Shown here: positions 10,515 to 21,396 of the stretch, piece after piece
Numbering within the stretch: the first letter of the stretch is position 1
Layout: each line of letters begins with the position of its first letter
Assembly: GCA_036867785.1 (NCBI GenBank)
Contig: CP145422.1
Coordinates: 62,001 to 126,000 of the forward strand
Source: Plasmodiophora brassicae
Lineage: Eukaryota
Direction of reading: 5' to 3'
Length of the DNA: 64,000 bases
Notes under the pieces: generated by a model
The model's database searches: none
What the model was told of the DNA's origin: nothing
The model's input: only the letters and a program-made list of their open reading frames with translations
Program-made: the position numbers and the translations under genes

Positions 10515-11906
10515 ATGATGTTGGCTCCCGTCGTGGTGTTGGCCGCTGCGATCGCCGCCATCGTCATCGCCGTCGTGCATGTCCTGTCCGCGCGGCAGGG
10601 GTTCCTGCGTCAGTGCCTGCTGCGGGTCTGCTGCTGGCTCCGCGGGGTGGGTAGTGCCGTGTGCGCCCGCCGACGAACGATCGCTGACTGGCAGAGCTGC
10701 AAACAGGCCCACTGCGTGTTCGTTACCGACGCGGACACGGCGCGGCGCGTGCTGCGCGCCTCCGACACGAAGGGCCCGATCATCGAGCGGTTGCTGGCGG
10801 GGCCGGCCTGGGCGCCCGTCCTGTCGCTGGAGTCGGTCGACGGCCCCGTCTGGCAACGCATGCGCGCCAACTTCGCACGCTTCCACGCGCGCCTGCCGCC
10901 CGCGACGTCGCTGGCCCGGATGCTCGCCGACAAGGCGCGCGCGCGCCTCGCCTCGGGCGCTCTGCTGGACAGCCACGCCCTGGCAGGCATCGTACGAGTC
11001 GTTGTTCGCCTGCGCGCGCTCCCGAATTGCACATGACGACGAGCGCCCCCTGGTAGGTGGTGCGATCCTTCTTCGAGTGGATGTTCGACGAGCCGTTCCT
11101 GGACGAATGGGAGTTCGTCGTCGACGCGACGTGGCACTGGCGCAGAAGCATCGCACAGAAAGGCGCCGCCGACCCCGCCCTGAAGCAGCGCGTCGTCGAC
11201 TGGATCATCGTACGTGATGACGGCGGCCGCGTGCATGTATTCGTCCCGCCCGCCGTTATGTGTGACGGCTGGTGCGCCCAGGGCGTGCTGCGGCGGTCCC
11301 GCTTCCAGAGCGTGTTCGGCGAGGGGTGGTCGTCGCCGGAGTGCTATTCCGTCGTCCTGCAACCGTTCCTGATCAGCCCGGCGATCAACTACGTCGACGT
11401 CGTCGTCGCCGTCACGTCGCTGCCTGGTCATGAGCGGCGCCCTGTTGGGGACCTCGTTGCGGAAGCCCTCCGGCAGCAGCACCCGTTCCCGATCCTGGAG
11501 CGGTACGTCGAGCAGCCGGTCGGCGACATCCCCGCGAATTCCGTCGTCTTCATCCCGTTCGATACGGCGCTGGCGAAATGCGACCCCCGGCACGCCGACC
11601 AGCTCGTGTTCGGGGCCGGCCGGCGGGCGTGCCCGGGGATGGCTCTGGCCCGATCGACGCTGCAGGCGCTGCTGGAAGCGACGATCGGACACGAACGGTT
11701 GCAGCCGTGCGTCGGGTGAGGGGGGCTCCCCGTCATGGTGGTGTTGTTGCTCCGCCTGACCGTGCGACGTTTGCACCAGGTACCGATGGTCGGGCCGGCG
11801 GAACGACGGGAAAGAGACGCTCCCCGAAACGGTGTTCCAGATCACGAGCTTCGCACGCGCCCTTGCCGGCTTGCTGATCCCGGGACTGGGTTGCACAGTC
11901 TCATAA
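10515..11906 (+). CDS. Atypical compact cytochrome P450, spliced
   Basis: N-terminal TM anchor, ExxR motif (EALR), heme motif FGAGRRACPG; last exon GYRWSGRRNDG...TVS* after a GT-AG intron. Confidence 0.85.
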
Positions 11907-12053
11907 ACGGAACACGGGTCTGCTGTATGCCTGGTTGGTGCCCACTCGGGCGCGTGGTCGCGTTCGGTGTGAGGTGCTCGCGCAGGTCGACGAACGCCAG
12001 GTCGTCCAGCAGCGCGATCTGTGCCTCGCCGGTGGCGTGCTACGCCCGCGACG

Positions 12054-12982
12054 TCACATGGTCGTCGCGTCGAGGAGAACCACGTCTTGCAAGTCCATCC
12101 CGCCCGCCTGGCGACGATACCAGTACTCGATATGCGTCTGGGAGCGCACGTCGTCGTTGACAGGGACGGTCACCCGGAGCGCTGCCTGGTCGCCATCGCG
12201 GCTGCTGACCGTCGCTTGCGAGTGCACGAGCCTGTCCAGGGCGGTGGGCAGCGACGTTGCCAGCGATCCGGGGACGGGTCGACTGCCCAGGTTCAGGGCG
12301 ACGGCCGCCGGGCAGCCGATCGTGGCGCACGAATCCAACAGGAGCGCCACTGATCGCGACACGGACGACAGGATCGCCGGGACGTCCTTCCCGGCCACGA
12401 ACGCCAACCTGCGGGGGCGTCAGCAGAAGGACTCGACAAGCAACGAACGGGCCACGCGAGCGTACAGGTCATCGACAAGGACGATCCGGGTCCCCGGTCG
12501 TATCGGCTACGTCGTACACACACGACGGTCAGCGATCCTGGAGCGCCGCGCCACGACGAGGGACAGGCGCAGTACCGATGATAGGTGCAGGTCCAGGTCG
12601 CGCAACGATTCAACGTAGCGAAGGTGGACGCGCGCGAGGACCGAGTCGGGCAGGTCGCGGGACGCCTGCGACAGGGCGTCGTCGATCGCCGACCGCCTCG
12701 ACACGATCGTCGCGTGCCCGCCCCGGTTCGCATAGGACAGCGCCCAGGACAGCAGCATGGCCGTCGTATGCGAACAGCTGTGCAACGACGTCCGTCAGTA
12801 CAGGCGGGGAAACGCGACGCGCCCCCGACGACGAACGCGCTCGCATCGCGCACCAGCAGCGCCGCGCTGCTGGTGCTGCCGCTGACCGCTCCCGCGCCTC
12901 GTTGCATGATGGAGCGCGCCTCGCGGCACTTCTCCTGGACGCGGGCATCGCACGTGGCCGGGAACAGGTCCGCCCAGTCCAT
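12054..12982 (-). CDS. Possible SWSAP1/Rad51-paralog-like degenerate RecA-fold protein, spliced
   Basis: TAMLLSWALSYA..GGHATIVSRR...LARVHLRYVESLRDL resembles the SWSAP1 pattern; Walker A is not intact. Confidence 0.35.
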
Positions 12983-13101
12983 TGGCTCGGGCACCGCAGC
13001 ACCCGACGCCGCTCTCTGCGGCCTTTCCAACGGTCGAGGCGCCGGCCGTCGTTCGCCGCGTGCGACCGCCTGATGCCGCGCGCCAATGCTGCGTGGTGCC
13101 T

Positions 13102-13353
13102 GGTGCCCTCCATGCCTGGCAGGTGGTACTCGCCAGCTGGAACGAGCCGATCCGACTCCTCTGGGCGGCTCGCCAGGCGTACCCTTTGCATTATTACGCC
13201 TATTACGAGATCGCGAGAGCTTTGCCGGTGCCTGCTATGTCTGGGAGGTGGTACTCGCCAGCTGGAACGAGGCGACCCGACCCCACCAGATTGCTTAACT
13301 TACCATTAACGGGGCGACTCACCAGGCGTACCCTTTGCACTACTACGCTTATT
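13102..13353 (+). repeat. Two imperfect ~100-125 bp direct repeats in a divergent intergenic region
   Basis: aggtggtactcgccagctggaacgag...ccaggcgtaccctttgca.ta.tacgc.tatt occurs at ~13121 and ~13246. Confidence 0.85.
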
Positions 13354-13375
13354 GAGGATCGGGCGAGCGAGAGCA

Positions 13376-15273
13376 ATGAGGGCGGCTGTGGCGCTGGTCG
13401 TCGGCGCCGTTGTCGTCCTGTCAGCGTGCGGCTTGGAGGTGCGCGAGCTTAACGGCACCCATGTCATGCACGTGGACAGGTACGGTTCTTCAGCGCAAGC
13501 CCACTGCCACCAGGCCCGCTGAAGATCTGTCTCGCCCCCTAGTGTCAACTACGTCATGGCGAACGACTCGTTCTCGCTGACGGCGCCCGTGCTGATAGTT
13601 CGCAATTCGGGCACGTTCCAAGTCGGTGCGGAAGGTGCAGGGAAGCTCCTGCTGATCAACATCCTGGAGGGGCAGTCCGGCAATGTCATGCGATGGGCAA
13701 GGACCTGCGAGGCGATCCACTGTGCCGGCATCGTGTATTACAATCTGGACGACTACAACTCGGCCGTCGAGTTCACCTGGGTCCGTGCCCAAACGTGGCT
13801 GGCATCCTTCCTGTGCTGATCGTTCTATTCAGGTGTACCGCGTTGGACCGACTATTCCTTTCACGAAGGTGCCTATTGTCCTCATCGGGGCGAAAGCCGG
13901 GGTCACTGCAGTACCGTTTCTTCTCTCCAGGCAGACGCCATTCGCCATGACAGTCGAGTCCGGCGCCTACAACGTCAGTCGTCTGTGCGGGAGCGCCTTC
14001 GTTGGTCATGTCGTTGACGGTTCTCACAGGAGGGTTCTTCTTTCATCGCACCCATCTGCTACGTGTTCTACGTGCCCTGCTTCTTGTTGTCGTTTCTCAA
14101 TGCTGCTCTCGTCATCTATCAGCTCTCCAGGTTCCTGGTGTCCGAAACCGGCGAAATTCGACGAGTCCCGAAGTACCCGCTGATGGCGATGTCCACCGAG
14201 TTTGTTGCCACAATGATGCGATGCATATACTTCGGAAACGCTCTGTAAGTCTGTCACAGCCCATACGTTGGTAGGCCCTGACGCTCTGGCTGGTCAGGTT
14301 CTCGAAGAGCCAAGGCATCGATTTCGGTGTATGGTAAGGCGTGGAGTGTACATGGAGCGGGCGAACGCATTGCACCATCTCTAAAGCCGCCTCCAGGCGC
14401 TACACGACGCTGTCCTGCATTTCGTGGTCGTTCATGGGTACAGCAGCGGTGGCATTCGGTTTGCACGAGATGCTGTTCGCCGGCCATCCTGACGGCATGC
14501 CGCTGAAGCAAAAGTATGGCGGATGACGAGGAAGGAATATCGGGGTGTGTGGCCCTGAAAATCGGTTGCATCATAGGATCCTGTCGCGTACCCTAGCAAC
14601 GTTCCTCTTCGTCATCTTCGTGTTTGAAGAGCTGTCGAACATCATGCCCGCGTTCTTCTACGTCAACATTATCAACAACGTTACGTACTTTGCGGTACGT
14701 CGCTCCTCTGATCCGCATTGGACCGGCTCGTTTGACTCGGGTCGTCTGTCTGTCGCAGGTACTGTACTTCTTCTTCTACTTACCAATCAGCTTCTCCTTC
14801 ATCAAGTACGGGCGCCAGATTTCCCGGGAATTACTGAAAATGAAGGGATCGCTGTCGAAGCTGGAGGCGGCGAAACGCAAACGCTTCGCTCGACGCGTCG
14901 TCCAAAGCGGCGTCCTCGGATTCGCCATTGATCTCGCTTCACTCTTCATCGTCTTTACTAACGGCATCAGTATCACGGTATCCATCGTCGGTTACACCAT
15001 TAACCTCATCCTCATGGCCATTGCTGGCGCTCTGCATGTTCTGGTATGGTGCCCCAAGGTCGCCCCGTTGCATGAGTGCTGACCAGAGCGTAGTCTTTCG
15101 TTCCAGGACCGTCTAAAATGGACCTGATGACTAATTCGCTGCTCAAGACGACGGTCTGGTACACGTCCACAACCAAGAGCCAGAACACCAAGAACCAGCT
15201 GAGCACATCAAAGCCCAAACCAGCGACGACTGCCCAAGGTCTGACGGCCGGTGAAGCAGGGACCCAGTTGTGA
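13376..15273 (+). CDS. Signal peptide + PA-domain-like ectodomain + 7TM GPCR-like receptor, copy 1
   Basis: SP MRAAVALVVGAVVVLSACG; GKLLLI...CAGIVYYN...KVPIVLI ectodomain; about 7 hydrophobic helices over ~10 exons; Ser/Thr-rich tail. Confidence 0.75.
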
Positions 15274-15600
15274 GGCCTCCCTGCAGATTCGCTCGAGTTT
15301 CTGTCCAGAACACAACCATTGCAAGCTTCCTCCAATAAATCTTCATGGCCTGCACGATCAACCCAGACGCCTTGGTCTTCGCGGTACCCATTGTCGGCGC
15401 TTGGGGGTAGTCGAAATCATCAGGTCGTCCGACGTCTCGGCTTCCAGGTGCTGCCCTCCCCATGGCATATTAGTTGCGGGCGTACTCGCTGGTACGAATG
15501 ATTTTAAGGTACTACTGCGATCGATTGCGCCCACGTAGTACTCATAGGGCGCCGTTAAATTGGACCACCATAAGCGCATCGTCCGCGCTATAACGCCACG

Positions 15601-17507
15601 ATGAACTCGCTTGTCCTGGTTGCGTTTGCCGTTGGGCTGGCATGCGGTCTCGAGGTGACCGAGCTGAACGGCACGCTTGTTATGCACGTGGACAGGTGCG
15701 CTGGTCTATCGCAATACGAGAACGGCGGCCGGCGCCTCGATATCTGACCGCGCTCTACAGTGTGAACTTCGTCCTGGCGAACAATTCGTTCTCGTTCACG
15801 GCACCAGTTCTGGTTGTACCCAGTCCGGGCACGTTTGCGGTCGGCCCTGAAGGTGCGGGAATGCTTCTGCTGATCAACATGCTTGCGGGGGCTGCGAGTA
15901 ACGCCATACAATGGGCTCGGGCCTGTGAGGCCGTCGGATGCGCCGGCATCGTCTACTACAACCTCGCTGATTACAACTCTGCTGTCGAGTACAGCTGGGT
16001 ATATTGACGCGTGCCGGGCGCTGGCGATGGCGTCTAATCACACTCAAATCACATCAGGTATACCGCACTGGGTCGACCATCCCTTTCACAAAGGTTCCTA
16101 TCGTGCTGATTCACGCAAAGTCGGGCGCCACAGCAATCCCCTACCTTCTTTCGCGACAGACGCCGTTTGCCATGACGGTCAAGTCAGGGGACTATAATGT
16201 CAGTCGACGCCTGAGGAACGCCATATGCCTCATTGACAATTTTACCTAGGAGGGCTCTTCTTTCGTCGACCCAATCTGCTATATCTTTTACGCGCCCTGC
16301 TTTTTCATATCGCTTCTCAACGTCGTCCTGGTCATTTCCCAGCTGTCGAGGTTTCTTGTGTCTGAAAATGGCACACTTCGCTGGATCCCGAAATACCCAC
16401 TGATGGCGATGTCCACTGAATTTGTTGCAACCATGATGAGATGCATCTACTTTGGGAATGCTTTGTGCGTCACATGAGGTCACTCGCTTCTATCTGTGTA
16501 CACTGATTCTGGTTGGTCAGGTTCTCGAAGAGCCAGGGCATTGAATTTAGCGTATGGTGAGATAGCCACTGTCAACCTCCACTTGCGACAGCATCTGAAT
16601 CGACTTTATGTGGGCAGGCGTTATACAACGCTTGCCTGCATATCATGGGCGTTCATGGGCACGGCGATTGTCGCATTCGGCCTGCACGACATGCTGTTCG
16701 TCGGCCACCCAGGCGGCATGCCCAGGAAACATAGGTATGACCTTAGACCTCTACAGAATGCCATCTGACACGATCTATGTCGTCGCAGGATCGCAACTCT
16801 GATAATGGCAGTACTTCTGATTGGTAGTTTCGTTTTCGAAGAGTTGTGCAATATCATGCCCGCGTTCTTCTACGTCCATATCATCGATAACGTCACTTAC
16901 TTCGCGGTTGGTTGTCGCCCCCTGCTGCTGCACAATGTCCATCCCTTCTAATATCTGGGCTGTGATCTTCAGCTTCTGTACTTCCTCCTCTACTTACCCA
17001 TCTGCTTCTGCTTCATCAAGTATGGACGGAAGATATCTACTACGTTATTGCAAATGAAGGGGTCCATCTCAAAGACGGAGGCCAACAAACGCAAGCGTTT
17101 CGCTCGTCGCGTGGTCCAAAGTGGGATCCTCGGCCTCATCGTCGACCTCGTTATGTTGCTCGTCACCTTGACCAACGCAATGAGCGTTACAATCTCCATC
17201 GTTGGCTACACCATTGACGTCATGTTGATGTCTCTTTGTGGCGCTCTACACGTTCTGGTATGCATATTACTGGCGCTCAGCATGTCTGCAAACGTGTACT
17301 GAACAAACCACACAGTCGTTCGTCCCAGGGCCATCCAAGATGGACGTCCTGGCAAACTCTTTGATTTCAGCGTCCTTCTGGACCTCCTCAATACGGGGGG
17401 ACAGGAAATCCGGAGGCAGCCACAACATCCCGAACCTTGCGTCCCCCCAAACACCAATCGTTGTTAAGGCGACAGCGAGGCCCGGCGCTGGCATCCGACC
17501 AGTTTAA
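15601..17507 (+). CDS. PA-like + 7TM GPCR-like receptor, copy 2
   Basis: Same exon structure and motifs as copy 1 (LEVTELNGT, MSTEFVATMMRCIY, RKRFARRVVQSG, SFVPGPSKMD). Confidence 0.75.
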
Positions 17508-17885
17508 AATCACTCGTCTCTGTCCTCAAGTGGATCCCGGCCTCGATTCGGCTGCATGGGCATGATAATAAAGTTCTGACATTTCGGCGATACGTCGGTG
17601 ACGAACCGATCACCCAGGCCTGTGCCGACTCCAAGCTAGAAGACAGGAATAGCTGTGATCCCGCCGGGTGCAGCAGAACGGCCCCCATCGCATCCCACAA
17701 ACAAGTAGCAATGACCACCACGCTTAACGTAGCCAGCGCGGGGGAGGCAGCGCGCGGTCACCGTTACAGATTGCTCTGGGCGATAACACCCGCCTATGCT
17801 GCGCAGGTGACGTCCTGTGGGGTCCTTCACCAAATGAATAATACACGAGAGGATCAACGAAACCCCTGCAGATCGCAGAGCTTGT

Positions 17886-20795
17886 TTAAGGCAACCTGGC
17901 CGCATCAGCAACAGCGTCACGGGATTGCTTGGCGAGCCGAATGGCGTCCACCAGTTCCGCCTTGGTCATCTCGGCAACGTCGCCTGATATGTTGAAGTCC
18001 CGGGCCATTCGTTGCAACGTCCCCAAAGGCAGGCTGTCGTAGTCGCGATCATCGCGAATGACTAACGGCCACGCTTTGCGAACGGCCTTCTCGTCGAACG
18101 GCCCATCATCACAATCGTCTCTCGGTTGCCGGGCCAGTTGCTGCGCTTCTTTCTCGCTCAGGAACGTCTCGTAGTTGAGATGGCACTCCAGGAGGGTGCG
18201 CAACGCATTGCGCACGCTCTCCGGCAAGCACCGACTCGCTAACCCTTCAATGCGGAGAACGGGTCGACCATCCGCCAGATTCGTGACCTCGGCGGACGAC
18301 CGGACGCTGCCAACGTTCATGAAGACGAGAACGGAACGGTCGTCTAGCGTCTGCAACAGCGCCGGGTGGAAACACCCGTCGAGAGCTCGGCTCGGCAGCA
18401 TCTCCTCCTTGTCCTTTTCCGAGAACGCTGCGTCCGTGCAGGCCTTCACCTGAACGCCTAGTACGCCAATCCGTTCGGACGGACACGGTGCATCTTCCAT
18501 CGGATGGTCGTCCCTCGATGCACCACCTTGCGCGTCGACCGACTCAGGCGACAGGAACACCGGCCCATAGAGATCCCACCCGGGGAACCCTTCCGGCAGC
18601 ACCCCGAAGCAATGTCGTTCAGCCAGCCGGACATGAGCGCGCAAGTCGGGTTTGTACGCCAGGTTAACAAACTGGCCACAAGCGAGCATAGCACCGCGCA
18701 TCCCAGGCGGAACGGCATCCTCGGCCAACTGGTCCGAGGTATCCGACGGCAGTAACTGAGCGAGGACGTCGACGACGCTGACGACCGACCCGGAGCGCTT
18801 TCTGGCAGCATCGCACGCCCGATCACAGGCAAACAGGAACAGAACCTGACCAACGAGCTCGCCGACAAAGCCCTGGTCCAGAGCGCCAGACAGGAGTGCG
18901 TCATGGACCGCTGGAACGATTGCATCGGCGAACGTGTGACCGACACCCTCATGCCATTTGTTTGCCGCCGCAAACGCAACCAAGGCTTCGGGCATATACG
19001 ACATCAGGCATCGTTTGCGATCGAGGTCGGTGTCGAGCATAGTGCCCATGCACCCGGCGACAAGAGCAGAGGCGAACGGGTGATTCGGGTTGACCATGGC
19101 GGCTACACGGGATAGAAATAGCGCCAGGTTGGAAAGACGGCCGGCACCAGGGTCGCTCTTCAATTCAGCAGGTCCACCACCCATGAGCTTCAGTTTCAGG
19201 AACGCCAGTGACTTGGATTCCGATAGGCGACCCACAAGGCTTAACCCGGCGCGCCCCGTCTTAAGCCAATCATCCAAGACGCGCAGGCGGTTCCAATCGA
19301 CATCCTCACCGTCAGATGATGCGAAGTGGACATCGAACGACCCACGCAGGACAATGGGCTGGAACAGGTCCGTACACTCCATTGCATCGTGGATCGCGCT
19401 AGATGGGCGTGCCGAGGAGTCCAGAGGCCCAGGAGGACTGAATGTCGGAATGGGCCAGGACGTGTCGATGAATACAGCGAAAATGGAGACCTGGACAGCC
19501 GCTATCTTGTTCAGGAAATTGTCACACTGGCGGACTGCCTCGCGGAGACATCGGAACAGATCGACGCCGGCGACATATTGGTCCAGCAGCTGACGAGCCT
19601 CGTCCATCACGAATAGGACGATTTCCGGACGGCGACGTCGTAAGTCCTGGACCTGGTCGCCGTTGAGATTCGTACTAGGCAGGCCATCGAAGAGCTGAGG
19701 TCCGCATGTCTCACTAGGAAATTCGGCCACCGTTTCCGGATCGTTTGGGTTGTCGTTAAGAACAGGATCAGGCAAGTGGCAGAGGGCCCGGTAAACGAGT
19801 TGGCCAAGCCTGTAGGATAAGACCTTCGCGAACTGCCCTGGACTGGCATAAGCATCCTTCCCCTTCAAAAGGGTATTGATTGCCTGATCCGTCCGCTTGG
19901 GGTAGCCCGTTGATCCGGATGGGCGAAAACAGAAGTAGACCGTCCGATAGTAATGACGCGCCAGTTCCCGGAAGGTACGCGACTTGCCATGCAGGGTCGA
20001 CTGTACGCAGGACGTGTACGGCGACAGGAACGGGCGCCGTTGCCAGCGATACGACGCGGAGCATCGCCGGATGTAGTTGGCAATAGACTTCAGGCAGCCG
20101 GAGGGATCCCGGAACGGTTCGGTGAAGCCCTCCACAAGAATTGCCGGCTCCGGATACGCAGATGCGGCAGTGAGGTCGGCGGACACCGCATCGGGATGAA
20201 GGTCGCGGTAGAGCGCATCCAGGAACTCCTCCGGAGGTCGCTCATTGAACACGAGACGGAGGGTGTCAGATGTAAGTCCAAGCAGAATCCGGCCACTCAT
20301 CGAGGAATCAGCGTCGTGCAGTGTTAATGGCACATCGTGCGAGCGAATGAACCGCAGCAAATACTGCCTGACGGCACCAGCCGTCGATTGCTCAGTGATG
20401 ACCAGGCCCTCAGGGTGAAGAGCATCGTAGAGCGACTGGGTAATCGACTGAACGTGAGGGTCGCTTCGTGGTCCGTTGAACAGGAAATGAAGTTGGTCAT
20501 GTCGGAACAAACGCAGAGTGAAACCGTCATACTTCGAAGCGCGCTCTGAGAGCTGCACCGACACGCCGGCCCTGGCAACGAACCGGTGCAGGTACTCGCT
20601 GACGGCAGCGGCTGTCGATTCGTCGGTGATGGTACACTCCTGGTCGGCGGCCTCCATCGCCAACCCCGCAACGCGACAAGGACTGCCGACCGCACAATGT
20701 CCGTCAGCTGTGCAGCTGCGGCACGGGGGGGCCGCGCCGAGGGGGGCCGCGCCGAAGGGGGGGGGGGCTGCACGGGTGCCGCGCTGTGTCGCCAC
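17886..20795 (-). CDS. Crinkler/RHS (CR)-type protein: two SAM-like headers + P-loop NTPase + PD-(D/E)xK REase + C-terminal Rho_N/HeH-like domain; intronless (likely start 20657)
   Basis: Tandem repeats each ending LHP, with SGRILLGLTSDTL; Walker A variant PYTSCVQSTLHGKSR; Walker B LFVMDEAR; FAVFIDT; REase GFVGE...FPGWDL...GVQVK; C-terminal YDSLPLGTLQRMARDFNISG..MTKAELVDAI. Confidence 0.8.
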   Translation of the reverse strand: MATQRGTRAAPPPFGAAPLGAAPPCRSCTADGHCAVGSPCRVAGLAMEAADQECTITDESTAAAVSEYLHRFVARAGVSVQLSERASKYDGFTLRLFRHDQLHFLFNGPRSDPHVQSITQSLYDALHPEGLVITEQSTAGAVRQYLLRFIRSHDVPLTLHDADSSMSGRILLGLTSDTLRLVFNERPPEEFLDALYRDLHPDAVSADLTAASAYPEPAILVEGFTEPFRDPSGCLKSIANYIRRCSASYRWQRRPFLSPYTSCVQSTLHGKSRTFRELARHYYRTVYFCFRPSGSTGYPKRTDQAINTLLKGKDAYASPGQFAKVLSYRLGQLVYRALCHLPDPVLNDNPNDPETVAEFPSETCGPQLFDGLPSTNLNGDQVQDLRRRRPEIVLFVMDEARQLLDQYVAGVDLFRCLREAVRQCDNFLNKIAAVQVSIFAVFIDTSWPIPTFSPPGPLDSSARPSSAIHDAMECTDLFQPIVLRGSFDVHFASSDGEDVDWNRLRVLDDWLKTGRAGLSLVGRLSESKSLAFLKLKLMGGGPAELKSDPGAGRLSNLALFLSRVAAMVNPNHPFASALVAGCMGTMLDTDLDRKRCLMSYMPEALVAFAAANKWHEGVGHTFADAIVPAVHDALLSGALDQGFVGELVGQVLFLFACDRACDAARKRSGSVVSVVDVLAQLLPSDTSDQLAEDAVPPGMRGAMLACGQFVNLAYKPDLRAHVRLAERHCFGVLPEGFPGWDLYGPVFLSPESVDAQGGASRDDHPMEDAPCPSERIGVLGVQVKACTDAAFSEKDKEEMLPSRALDGCFHPALLQTLDDRSVLVFMNVGSVRSSAEVTNLADGRPVLRIEGLASRCLPESVRNALRTLLECHLNYETFLSEKEAQQLARQPRDDCDDGPFDEKAVRKAWPLVIRDDRDYDSLPLGTLQRMARDFNISGDVAEMTKAELVDAIRLAKQSRDAVADAARLP

Positions 20796-21396
20796 TGGCC
20801 ACTGTAGCCAGAGGCCGACGGATCGGAGTGCCCCTGGCGATGGTCGGTTCGAGCAACATCAACGTAGGGCGCGGCTGGATGTCATCGCACGATACAGGCC
20901 GAGCGTATTTCAAGGTCGGTTCTGTTGCTGGCCAGTACCGTTGGTACAACGATTACCGTTGACTGTCATTTGCTGCATCTTGTGGATAGCTGACGAGTGC
21001 ATACCTTCCGATGGGACGTGTGTTTAAATGATTTCTACCTGGCCAGGAGCAGAGCATCGGTGGATCAACGCGACCGCTGGTCCGCTGTGCTCGAGGACGA
21101 CCCGCACGCCTCAGGTTGAGCCATGTACAAGTCGACAGGCTGCTTCGGGGCGTCCTGACAGTGCTCCTTCTGGGATTCGTCGCGTCGCGGTCCCCCGTCG
21201 CCGGTCTGTCGCTAACGTCCCACAGGCCGCGACGCCTCCTGACACCTGAGCTCATTCGCTATGGATCCAGGTTCCATCGATCGATATATAAGGTCTCCTG
21301 CCTAGAGGATCGATACGTACGATATAGGCTATCGGTCGGGGTGGGTCGTAGGTAGTACCACCATCACAGGACATTGCCATCGTTGAGCGTGAATCG

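Noticed and set aside
21116-21355. Signal-peptide-like stretch (LLRGVLTVLLLGFVA) upstream of receptor copy 3
   Set aside because: No in-frame ATG or convincing downstream exons; at most a gene relic.
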